A program made the position numbers and the translations under genes. From positions 34,100,001 to 34,164,000 of the forward strand of contig NC_135903.1 in assembly GCF_964194155.1 (NCBI RefSeq): 64,000 nt of DNA. Reading direction: 5' to 3'. The notes under the pieces are model-generated. The model was given only the letters and a program-made list of their open reading frames with translations. It was not told where the DNA came from and made no database searches. Each line of letters starts with the position of its first letter. Position 1 is the first letter of the stretch. This document shows, one piece after another, positions 48,173 through 60,616 of the stretch. This DNA comes from Cetorhinus maximus (taxonomy: Eukaryota).

Positions 48173-49404
48173 GTGAGTTGAACCCAAAACACCGAGTCGG
48201 TAATTATGTTGAGGGGAGAGAGGGAATCAGCCTCCAGGAGAGATTAAATCTGGATTTGGGTGAAGGAACAAATGGGATCTGAGAGGAAATTGGAAAGCAG
48301 ACATTGAGGAGGAGGGCATTCAGTGACGGAAGAAGCGGAATGTGACCCAGAAGGGGGAGAGGGGGCAAATCAGAGGCAGCCCATCAGTAACAACCATTCA
48401 GAATAATAGAGCGACTTTAAGGTCTCAACGTGCCTCACGGGAATGTTATACAGCAACATTTGTTGTGGTGGGCACAGCAAGATTTCAAACTTTGCAGATG
48501 ATACAAATTTTGGAAATGTTGACAACTGTGATGCGGATGGTGCTGAACTTAAAAAGGCATAGGCTTTATTAATTGTGGCATTGAGTAGAAGAGAAAAGAG
48601 GTCATGTCGAACTTGGATAAGACACCAGTTAGGCATCATCTGGAGTACTGTTCTGGGCACCATACTTGAGGAAAGGATGTGAGGGTATTGGTGAGAGTAC
48701 AGAGGAGGTGAACAAGAATGATTCCCAGGATAACGAACTGTAGCTACGCGGGAGGATTGGAGAGGTTGTCACTGTTTTCCTTGGAGAAAGGAATGTGTAG
48801 ATTAGGCTTAATTGAGGAACTCAAGATACCCTGTGGGGTATGGACAGCGTAAATAATAAGAAACCGTCTCCACGAAAGCGAACATCAAGAAATATAGGGC
48901 ACAGGTTGAAAATAGTTGGCAAAGGGAGTAAATGTGATATGAGGAGCAATTTTTGAACCCAGGGTGTGATTGGAGCAAACTTCACACAGTGCTTTCAATA
49001 TTTGAAAATGAGGGTGAGAATTTTAAAATGAAGGTATTTCTTATCCAGGAGACTGACGCTGTGTTTTGTTTGATCTCCCTGAGGAGATGCATGTCGAACA
49101 GAAATAGAAAGGGACCAAAAATAGATTCTTGGGGACACAGAGGCTAAACGTTGGTGCTGGGTGGGTGATGGTGGAGAAGAGATGCCATTCTGGGCTTTTA
49201 CAGTCTGCATTTAGACAGTGGGAGCCAGGCAGTGTATCCCCAACCAGCAGGCCCATGGTGGAGAATGTTGAATTCTGATGTTCATGTCGACTATGTCACA
49301 GGACTAGAAGGAGGAGAATGTTTTACATATGTCACGGGCATGTTGAATGTAATTTATGAATTTGCCTATCACCTTATGGAGATCTTGTGATGCAATGGGT
49401 CGGA

Positions 49405-49970
49405 CCTGCTTTCAGGCAGAGAACTCAAGAACAAGTACAGCTTTATAATCTAACAATCTAACCAAATGCCCCTTCATTGCCCCCTTAATGCGAATCCGTT
49501 CAATTTGGAGGAAGCATGATAATTTTCCGAAAACATTTTTAAAACTGTTGATCCAAATTATTAGAACCTTGAGCTGGAACCGAGCGCGTGTTGTGATTTT
49601 CTCTCGGGCATCTTCCAGTCACTGGTTCAGGAATCTCCAGATTTCAGATTCCTTACCTCAGACAGGGAGCAGACAAACTCTTCCTCTCCTGAAGTCCTTC
49701 CAAAACTCCCGCAACCAGATTTCACTTTTAGAGTGTAATAGCAACATCGCCAGTCCCCCCTCTTCACAGCGTCAGCTCCTCCCAGCACAATTCTCACACA
49801 CACACACACACAGGACTGGACATTCAGGCGGTCGCTCCGGCTTCACAAGCGGCAGCATTTCCACTCCTCGTGTTTCATTCGCTTCAAAGGAACAGTCTTT
49901 CGGAGCTGATCCCAGATCCGGTCAGTGTCTGATCCTCATCTCGGGGTGTTTCACTCTGGGTCGCTTGATC
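49405..49970 (+). promoter_or_regulatory. Promoter module P2, copy 3
   Basis: Homologous to 5640-6199; the IRF-like site reads ATTTCACTTTTA. Confidence 0.55.
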
Positions 49971-52900
49971 ATGGCTTTGGCGAGTATCTGGAGATTTTGG
50001 GTGGTGTTGCTCTTCTTGTCCGGGACCCTCAGTCTGGGATGTGACAGGCTGCAGTTACAGCAAGTTCTCAGCACAGAGACTCGCAGTAAACTGAATGCAA
50101 TGGTGAGTTGAACCTTCAGCCAGAGCAGGAGGTGAATCACATTGTGTCCACTTGCTGTGAAATGTCACATCAGGGGAAATGTTTTGCGATTTGTCATTTT
50201 GTGCAATGAATAGTCTGTGATTATCCAGTATTTGAGTTTTTGGGGCTGATTGTAACAGTGATTTTTTGCCCCTCTCAGGGCGGACCCTTTCCCCGACACT
50301 GTATAAGACAGAGAGTCTCACTGAAAACCAAACCCTTGAACCTGGTGAAACTCTCGAAGGAATTAGAGGTGAGTGAACACTCGGTTCATTTGATTCACAC
50401 AGGGCTTTTATACAAAGTAAGATCAACAACCGAATCGGAAACTTCCACATCAGGAATTTGGAATGGAGTGATATGTACCCATTGTGAATGTAGGAGCAGT
50501 CTCACTTATTGTATTTCACTCACTATCTCACTCATGAACTATATCACTCTCTCTAACCGCACTCACTACCCGCTTATCTCCAACTCCCTCCCTGATATTA
50601 TGTCCCTCCCTCTAACTACCTGCTCTGGGAGCCATCCAACTGGATCTCCCATCTACTTTTCCTGCAGGGCCTCTAGATTATTCTGTGCAGACCACTACCT
50701 GATGGGCCTGTTGTCAAAGGTGTTTCTCTGCCTAAGCATTTCTACACGGGATAGGTGGCTTGGCAAGTTCCAATGGCTTCCAGTGTTCTCGACAGCAAGG
50801 CCACTCCCATCCTTTGCAACACCGGGGACAGGTTGAAACTCAGCACTTGCAGTTTGCGTTCCAAGGGTCCACGCACGGCTTGATGCAGCCAGACACAAAT
50901 GTAGTCATCAGGATGAGGGCGATGTTGAGTGCGTTTTGTGCTCTGGTCATTGACTTCGCGATAACTTCTCAACTTTTCTCAACCTAACACCCTATAATTT
51001 TCTCCTTGCCTCTAACCACCTCACTTCCTCTAATCATCTTATTCCCTGTAACAATTTGCCTCCCTCGAAACATCTCACTCCTCAGCTGCACTGAATGACT
51101 TTGGGGCATGAACCACGCAGGCAGGTTAGGCCATAGGATCATAGAATGATCCTGTGCTGAAGGAGACCGATTGGGCAGAATGGCCTGTTTCTGTACCACG
51201 TTTCCGATCAACTACCTGGTGGAAAAATACATTAGTAGGTACGCACTAACCAGCATTCATATATTCAAGAAAAATCACCTTTCCCAAACTTGATTGAGTT
51301 ATGTGATAATGTAGCAGAGGGTGTTCATGAGTTTAGTGCGCTTAATCTTCTGATGATGTCATCATACCTCTGCAGCACTTTGAATGAACGATTCAAATTA
51401 TTCCCGCTCTCATCCCCCATTACAATGCAAAAATTTTCTCTGACTATTTATCCAATTCTCTCTTGAAAGTTATTATTGAATCTGCTTTTCCTGTTTTGTA
51501 AATCAATCCATGCGCACAGTTTTAAAAGACTAATCATTACAAGATCCAGCACGCAATCCTCATCAACACTCTCTGCTACATTATCACATAACTCAATCAA
51601 GCTTGGTAAAGATGATTTGATGGTAAAGATGTCTCCCCAGAGATCATTGTGTCTGAAGGTTTCCCACCACCCAAAATGGTCTAACTGGCCTGTATTTGTT
51701 GGGTTTATCCCTCTTCCATTTTTGAATGGGATGTAAGTATTTGAAATCTTCTGCTCTGCTGCCATCATGCTCCCCATATCTAAAGAGGACTGGAGGAATG
51801 CGGCCAGAAGTGTTATCTCAACCCTTGCTTTCCTCAGCATTCTCAGCTGAATTGAGTCCAGACCAGGTGACTTTCCTAACCTGAGTGCTGCCAATATTTT
51901 ACGTACCTCCTCTTTATCTATTTTTATCCTACCCTATTTCTCTACTCGCTCCCCCTTCACTGTGACTTTTGAAGCATCTGCTTGTGAAGTGAAGACAAAT
52001 TCCAAGAACTAGTTTAGATCCTCCGCCATGTCCTTAGTATCGCACAAGAAGATTTATTTTTTGCTCACTAATCATCACAAACAAACATTTATTTACATGC
52101 TTATTAAAGGTTTTTAGCTTCCCTCTTACGTGACCTGCTCATCAATTCTCATGCATTCTGTTTACTCCTCATTTCTTTTGATAACTTTTCTCCATATTGG
52201 CTGCATTCAGCTTGGTTCCTCACTGTGCTAAGAGCCTAATGTTTCACATAAGGCTTCGTTTTCTGTTTTGTTTTAATCTCTACATCTTTTGGCGATGACG
52301 TCATTGACCCTTCCTTCCTGCTTCATTGAAAGGAGTCCAGTCTGCAACCAGAACATCTCCAGTTAAAAAGAGCCTCAATTGCTACTTTCCTCCTGAGGAG
52401 GCACTATTTAAGAGGAGATGGTGGCTTAGTGGTAGATTCACAGGTGTAGTAATTCATGGTCTAGTCTAATGCTCTGGGCACCTGAGTTCATGCCCCATCA
52501 CACAGCTGGTGGAATTTTAATTCAATCAATAAACATGGAATATAACGCTAGTCTCAGTAATACTGACCATGCAACTATCATGGATCTTTGTAAAACCCTT
52601 CTGATTCACTAATGCCTTTTAAGAAAGGAAACGTGACTTCTGCACCTGGACTGGATGGCATGTCACTCTCAGCACATGGTCGAATCTTCACTGTCCTTTG
52701 AAATATTCAGTTCAAGGGACGTTAGGAATGGACATCTAATGCTGGCTTTCCCAGTGATGCCCACATCCCATGAATGAATAAAGGAAAAAAGATTCCTTGA
52801 TTCAAATACACCTGGGCCAGATACATTTTAAATGCACTAAAATTAATCCTCCCCCTTTTGCCCATTTTTATCTCTATTTGTATTTTGTTCTTTAACATAG

Positions 52901-53408
52901 TCTGTTCTAAAACTAAAAGTGAACATGTCCTCTCTAATGTCATTCTCTACATTATACACAGACACAGGACAGGATCCAGATTGTCCATCAAACCCTGCGT
53001 CACATCAGCAAGATCTACAGCATGAACCTGGGTTCAGCCACATGGGCCCGGGACAAGGTGGAAAACCTCCGGCTTCTCCTGGATCGGCAGCTCGGTGAGC
53101 TGGATGAATGTGTCAGGAAACCAGGATCAGAGCACAAGATGAGGAGAAACTCCGCCATTCACAATTACTTTAGGAAACTGGAAAAGTTTCTCAAACAGGA
53201 GGTAGGTCAATTGATAAATGACAATGTGATTGCTGGCATGTAGTTCATTTCACCACATTTAAATCTGCTCGTTCTCTAATCGGTTTCCCTGAATAACTTT
53301 CTTTTTCCGAAATTCAGTGACTGTGCCTGGGAAATAATCCGCACTGAGACCAGGGCCCGTTTACAACAGCTCCTTTTCATCATAGCACAAATCAGCAGAA
53401 GAAACTGA
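49971..53408 (+). pseudogene. Type I interferon subtype A copy 4 with mutated intron-3 acceptor (pseudogene or truncated product)
   Basis: Exons 49971-50102, 50279-50368, 52962-53201, 53310-53408 are all open, but the last acceptor is ttccg|aaa (53308 C) where all paralogs have ttcag. Confidence 0.75.
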
Positions 53409-56400
53409 GAAAGATGTTTAGCACAGACTGGGAGCAATGAATATTCATTTTAAGAACTTTTAACATAAAGCTATCTATATATATATTTGTAACAAATTTT
53501 ATATTTTATTGTACTGATGACAGAACAATGAATGACATGATTGGATTATTTTATTTATTTATTTATTTATTTATTGATATTTATTGCTATGATATTTTCC
53601 TGATGTAATCCTAACACTTCAGTGGATGGGGTGTCTGCTCTGGAATTTATTGTCAGGCTTTCAAGATATGGGTTTACAGACCTATAAACCATGGGCCGCA
53701 CTGTCCTTTCCATTTCTCCTCTCATAAGTGGCCAACATTTCAACCTATCTCAGCCACTGTAATTTATTGATCTTTATTGTTGTGATGTCTTCATGTAAAG
53801 AAATGTTACATGCTATTTAATGTGTAATGTGAATTTTTAATGATAGTTTATTTATTGATATTTATTAAGTGTTGGCGAACAGATAAATTTTTTTGTAACT
53901 GGAAAATTTTTTGCAGAATGAGAGCATTTGCTACAAATAAATTGTTTTTAATATTAAGCATTGACTGGAATGATGTTCATTTTCCAATTCTGTCAGTTGG
54001 CTTTCCATAGTCAGTATAAATGCTCTGGATTTTCCCACCTGCTGCCTCTTCCTGTCAGCCCTTCTCTGTTCTGCTCTCCTTTCTCCTCAATCAGGTTTTC
54101 CCTCACCCGTTGGAACTGTGAAACTATTGTGAACCGAACTGCCCTGGTTTATCATCTTTTACCCCTCTGCTTCTCAATGCCACATTCCAGCTCCAAAGGA
54201 GAGAGGACTGAGCGTGATGTTCAGGAGAAAAGTGGAAAATAGAGGCATAAATTAGAAATGGACAGATGGAGAAATGGAATGGGTGGGCTTAGAAGATGAC
54301 TGGAGTGTCAGCCTCTGTGAATATATGAGGACATCAGACAATGTGGTTGAGAGTGACATCAGGCAATGAATAGGAAGGAGAATAAGTGGGGAGTGGAGAT
54401 GAAAATCTTTTATTTCGCATAGTTGTTTACACCTTCTGAAAATCTGTATGACAAATACTGTCTGCATTACATAAGAACAGAAGAAAAAATAGAAGTAGGC
54501 CATTTGGCCCCTCAGGCCTGCTCCACCATTCAATAAGATTCTGACTGATTTGATTGTGGCCTTAAATCCTGTCCCCTGCCTGCCACCTATAACCTTTGAC
54601 TCCTTTGTTGATCAATCCCATCTAACTCAGACTTGAATATATTCAATAATCCGACATCCACTGTACTCTGAGGTGGATAATTTAAAAGATTAATGACACT
54701 CGGTGCAAAAGAAATCCTCTCATCTCCGTCTCACATGCAGTTGCCGTATTTTGAAACTGTGCTCCCCAGTTACAGATTTCCACTGAGTGGAAACACCTCA
54801 ACATCCACCCGGTCAAATCTCCTCACAATCTTAAATGATTCAATGACATCACCTCTTATTCTTCAAAACTCGAAAGAGTATAGGCTCAAACTGCTAAGAT
54901 TGCTTCATAAACCAACTTCTCTTTCCAGGAATCAACCTGGTGAACCCTCTCTGAAGTGTCTCCAATGCAAGTTACTCCCTGCTTAAATAAGGAGACCAAA
55001 CCTGTACATAGTACTCCAGGCCTGGTCTCACAAATGGCCTGCAGAGTTGAAGCAAAACTCCCCTACTTCTATTCTTCATCCTCTTTGCAATAAAGGGCAA
55101 AATACCATTTACCTTTCCAATTACTTGCTTTACCTTTTAGCTAAATTTTCATTGCTCAATTCCAACGACACCCAGATCCCTTTGCACTGAAAGATTCTGT
55201 GGTCTTTCTCCATTTAAACAACATTCTGATTTTCTGCTGGGCACAACAAAGGCTAACTTGTGTCCTACATTACATCAATCACTTTATATCTAAAGTACTT
55301 TATAAGCTGCTGATTGCTTTGAGACACCTGTGGTCAGGAAGGGCACAATGTGAATGCAAGCTTGTTTTGATAGAAATATCATAGAGAAAGCTGGCCCTAC
55401 ACACAAAACTGCCCTCACTCCAGGGTGAATTTATCAGCAGTGCAGTTGTTTACAGGCCTTCCAAAGGGCCCCAAAAAATAAACTGGATGATTTGGGTTTG
55501 AGCACAGCAACAGACATGTGTTAAAAGATTTGCAAAGCAACTTTATTAATTTACAAAGATAATAACTATTGCATTCCAAATCCAAAAAAGTGGGGATGAA
55601 CCAATCCAATTTCCATCACCATTAATTTCTACAAAACAGAAAACCGACCCCAAAAGTGGTATCAAGATGTGGACGTTAGGACGTCTACAACGCTCCAACC
55701 AACTTCAATATTTACTGCCCACCACCGACACACACTGGGATCAGTGTGTACCATGTACATGGTGAACTGCAAGATCTCACCAAAGCCCCTACAACACCGC
55801 TTCCCAAACTGACGACTTCTACCACCCGGAAGAACAAGGGTAGCAAACGCAAGGGACCAGCACCAAAGTTCGCTTCCCATTCAAGGGACAAGCATCCTGA
55901 CTTGGAATTATTTCCCATTTCTTCACTGTTACAGGCTAACACTCCTGGAAAACCCTTCCCATCACCTCTGTAAATTCACGTCCACCACATGAACGGCAGC
56001 AGTTCATGGGTTCAAGGGGGCAGTTCATCACCACCTTCTATAGGGTAATTGGGGAGGAGCAACAAATTCTGGCCTTTCCAGAGACGCCCACGTCCCATCA
56101 AGGAAGAAATGAAGCCAAATTATGCAAAAGTAGTTGTGAATGGGCCGCAGATTTTTGTAAGGTAAAAATGCATATGCACCCGTAGGTCCTTCCTATTTCC
56201 CCTAATGTCACTATCCAGTCCTTTTAATATTCTTCCTTCAGTTCCCTGACCCTCCTTCCGCCTCCGCCTTCAATAATTACAATTCCCACTGTTTTATTCG
56301 CCAATAACAGCATTGTTGTAAATTGTAGTTTCTCTCCAGTCTCCAGTTGGGGAATGTGGGATCCCGCTCCCACACCCACCCGGAAGGTAGATTTTGGTGA

Positions 56401-56527
56401 CACTTCCAGCTGAGAGGGATTTGGTGACATTCCCTATATACCCGGACATTTACCGAATACCCCAAAGCTTTTCCCAACTGCCCCTCACCCCTCTCAGTCT
56501 GATCCACCCTCTTTACAAACTCTCCTC

Positions 56528-57499
56528 CCTTTCGGAAATGACAAAACACGTCACTTTCCTTCAGGCACTTTCGCTTTGGGCTGAAATTGACACCAGGTTA
56601 ATTTCCAGAGAGAAAGTGACACGGACACTTTCCCGGGAGAGAGACAAGAAGAAAGGATGAAAGATAAGAGAGCGGGATCACTTTCGGACTCAGAATCGGA
56701 GCAGATCAAATATTCTTTCAATCCGACTCTGAAAATGGCTCCAGAAAACAACCGAGAAATGAGAAACTTCTCCCAGTTAAAGAGCAGATTGTGGGACAGG
56801 TCAATCGGAGCGGAGTCTGTCTCCATGAAGCGGTGTCCCTGGGCTGTGAGCCGAGCTGTCTGCAATGTCCAACCTGTGAAGTGTGAACAGGACAAGCGCC
56901 AGGTGAACACACCGCGGGGACACAGTGGATTTCAAAGGGAATCGCTCTCCATGGGGCCCAATGTCAGCACTAAAAGCCGCCGCACCGGATCACCGCTGTC
57001 GCTCTCTCTATAATCCGGATGATAAAATCCAGCCCCCGATACATGTTCACACTGCCCCCAATTCAGAGCCTCCCTCTACACCACCTTCGTGCCCCAGGTG
57101 AGCTGAAGCCACACAACACTGAGCTGGAACCGAGCGCTGCCTGTGATTTTCAACCGGGGATTTTCCACTCGCTGCTTCCGGAATCTCCAGCTTTTACATT
57201 CCTGACCTCAGAAAGGAAACCGGACAAACTATTGATCTCCCGCAGCTCTTCCAAAAATCCTCGAGCCCGTTTTCACTTTTCGAATGTAATGCCACACATT
57301 AAAGCCGACAGCATGGCAGCGCCAGTGAGAGCACCGAGCAGACTCCACACTCACACTCACACCGTTCGGCAGCACAGGCGCTCGCTCCCGGATCACAAGC
57401 GGCTCCGATTCGACTTTCCCAGTTTAAATCCGCCGCGGAATCACGAAGCCGTCGGTTTCTCATCTTTCACATCGGTGTCTCACTCTGGGTCGCTTGATC
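56528..57499 (+). promoter_or_regulatory. Promoter module P1, copy 6 (directly upstream of IFN-B2)
   Basis: Near-identical to the other P1 copies; 19-nt deletion form. Confidence 0.75.
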
Positions 57500-60400
57500 A
57501 TGGCTTTGGCGAGTATCTGGAGATTTTGGATGGTGTTGCTCTTCTTGTCCGGGACCCTCAGTCTGGGATGTGACAGGCTGCAGTTACAGCAAGTTCTCAA
57601 CACAGAGACTCTCAGCAAACTGAATGCAATGGTGAGTTGAACCTGCAGCCAGAGCAGGAGGTGAATCACATTGTGTCCATCTGTTTTGAAAAATTATATC
57701 AGGAGAAGTCGTTCGTTCTTGGAACAGTTAATTGTCAGCGGACTACAGTATTTCTGTTTCTCATGTGTTTGAAACAGTGTTTGTCTTTTCTCTCAGGGCG
57801 GTCGCTTCCCCCGACAATGTATAAGGGAAAGATTGGACCTGAAAACCAAGCCCATGGATCTAGTGAGGCTTTCGGAGGGTTTGCAGGTGAGTGAACACTG
57901 GGGCCTATTTTCACTTATTCTAACAGAATTTTATGTAAAACCTGGTTGAGATCCACAGCCCTCGCCCAGAACGTACATAGCAGGTCGCCCACTGATGTGA
58001 AGTTGTCGGTAGAGTTAAGGGTCAGGTCCTGCTTAGAGTCAGGGTTGATGACGTGCTGCGCAGTTTAAGATTCCTGGAGGGATGTCCACATCCCTGCTCC
58101 CAAAGTCGGATATATGGAGTGGAGCCTCAGTGAATTGTAATGCATCCGATAAAGAGCGGCCTGCCACCCTTCAAAACTACTTGCAGCTGCTGATCATCTG
58201 ACTTCCTCTAACCATCTCACTCTCCATAACGATCTCCGTTCCTCCAATCGTCTAACCCTCTCTTCCTTTCGGTATCCACTTCTCACCACCAATCGCCCTA
58301 CACACTTCAGGCAGGCCCCCTTCACCCAACGGACTGACTCCAAACAATTTGCATGTCCATTTTTCGTTGCCTTCACTCTATTGTCTCTGCTGTGCCTCCA
58401 TTTTCAATTTGGGATCTGCACTGATACGGGGACTGTTAGCTCAGTTGGTTAGTCGAGAATAACGCTACCAGAGCGGCTTCAATTCCTGTCCCACTGAGGT
58501 AGATTTTAAGACCTGCCGCTTTGCCCTGCGCCTGACATTGGGAGGAAATGGCAAAGCACCACTGACAAATTAAAAACTGCCCAGAAAACAGCTCAGGATG
58601 AAGAATCAACAGACAACGAGCCAAGGACCTGCCTTCTGGCAGAGCGCACATCCCGCTGGCAGGGATACAATCAACTAATTGGCAGTCAATTAAATATTGA
58701 GAAGTCCAAAGACATTCTTTTCAACTACCGCCCTTAACTCTGTTCCCTAGTTACTGACTTCAAAGCTCTACCGAACCAATGTCTGATACTGACTCAGAAT
58801 ATTGGCCTTCTATTTGACCCACAGCTGAGCTTCCAGCCCCAATAGCAAGGTTACCTATTTCAGCCTTCCTAATATGACCCATCTCTGCACTTGCCTCAGC
58901 TCATCTGATCCTGAAACTTTGATCCATGCATTTCTTCCCCTAGACTCCATTATTCTAATACTCTTCAGGCTGACATCGCACCTTGCACCCTCTATAAACT
59001 CGAACTCACTCAATTAACTGCTGCAATACATCTAAACTCTAATTTATCTAAATATCCCAACGAGCACCAAGTCCTTCTCAGCCGTCACCTCAGTATTCTG
59101 AGATCTATTCTGAGGTAATGTAAGATCAAAAGAACCTCATTTTGAATTCGTAAGGTGAAAATGCTTTGCCTGATGTTTGGTTAAATCTGTGGGTTTCTGG
59201 TGCCTTAATGGAGATTAGTTTGGGAATCTGTTTAAAATTATGATGGTGGTAATTTGTAGCCATGTGTACATATTTTAACCTGTGTAAATGAATAAAATGT
59301 TTCAATTAGTTTCATGTAAAACCTCAAGAACTGGTGGTCTGATTCCTGAATTTAGAGTCGTATCTCAAACATAACACTTAAAATGATAGTTTATGACAGT
59401 TGTTTAAAGTTTTCCTCAGGGACTTTTAAACAACTCAGCTGCACCAACTGCATCACCCCAGCTTCCAATGCAGCAACATCCTTTTTTTTATATACTCATG
59501 CTGGTTTTGCCCCTCACATTTTTTGTAACTTCCTCCAGGCCAACAACCCTTCCAGATCTCTGTGTTACATCCAATGTTCTCATCATGCTCATTCCAGATG
59601 TTCATTGCTCCATCACTGTGTAGCTGTGCCTTCATCTGTCTGGCCCTTAAGATCTGGAATTAACTCCTTCCTAACTCTCTCTCCTCTGTAACTGCCTCCT
59701 AAAAGCCTAAGTCTGAGCAAACATTCCACCTCCTTTTGTGGCTGGGTGTAAATTTTCTTTGATAATGCCCCTGTGAACCTTCTTGAGGTTTTTCACTATG
59801 TTAAAGGTCCTATGTAAATGCAAGTTGTTATTGTTGGTATCATGGGACCAATTGGAACTGTACATAGACTGGACTAAATGGGGTGTGAGGTCACCATCAG
59901 CAGATAATCTCAAAGTGTTTGGCCAGGTTATAGATCTTCAGTGCCAGTTGGACTGTAGAGTTTGCATCAGTACTAGCCTGTACCACCTAGTAACTACATT
60001 TCAGGGAATATAATAATCAGTTAAATAGAGGCAGCAACTTTATTGATGTGATGTAATTAGTCACTTTCTCCTGAGCAACAGCAAGGATTAACTGTGAAAT
60101 TTGCACCAACCCTGACTGGTTACACAGGAACAGGTCCTCTCTAATGTCCTTGTGACTATTTCTCACAGGCCCAGGACAGGATCCAGATTGTCCATCAAAC
60201 CCTGCGTCACATCAGCAAGATCTACAGCATGAACCTGGGCTCAGTCACATGGGCCCGGGACAAGGTGGAAAACGTCCGGCTTCTCCTGGATCGGCAGCTC
60301 AGCGAGCTGGAAGAATGTATTAGGGAACCAGAGTCAGGGCACAAGATGAGGAGAAACTCCGCCATTCAAAAATACTTCAGGAAACTTCGAAAGTTTCTCA

Positions 60401-60616
60401 AACAGAAGGTGAGACAATAAATAATTGACAGTGTGATTACTGCCATGTCGTTCATTCAGCTGCATTTAAATCTGTTCATTCTCTAATGAGGTTTCCTGAA
60501 TGATTTCTCTTTTTCAGGGATTCAGTGACTGTGCCTGGGAAATAATCCGCACTGAGACCAGGACCCGTTTACAACAGCTCCTTTTCGTAACGGCACAAAT
60601 CAACAGAAGAAACTGA
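57500..60616 (+). CDS. Type I interferon, subtype B copy 2 (4 exons, 186 aa)
   Basis: Exons 57500-57631, 57797-57886, 60169-60408, 60518-60616; GT-AG, phase 0; CAWE motif. Confidence 0.93.

Noticed and set aside
28300-57500. Whole array as a false duplication from assembly
   Set aside because: Copies differ by many private SNPs, nested indels and TE insertions; not fully excludable without read data, but unlikely as the sole explanation.
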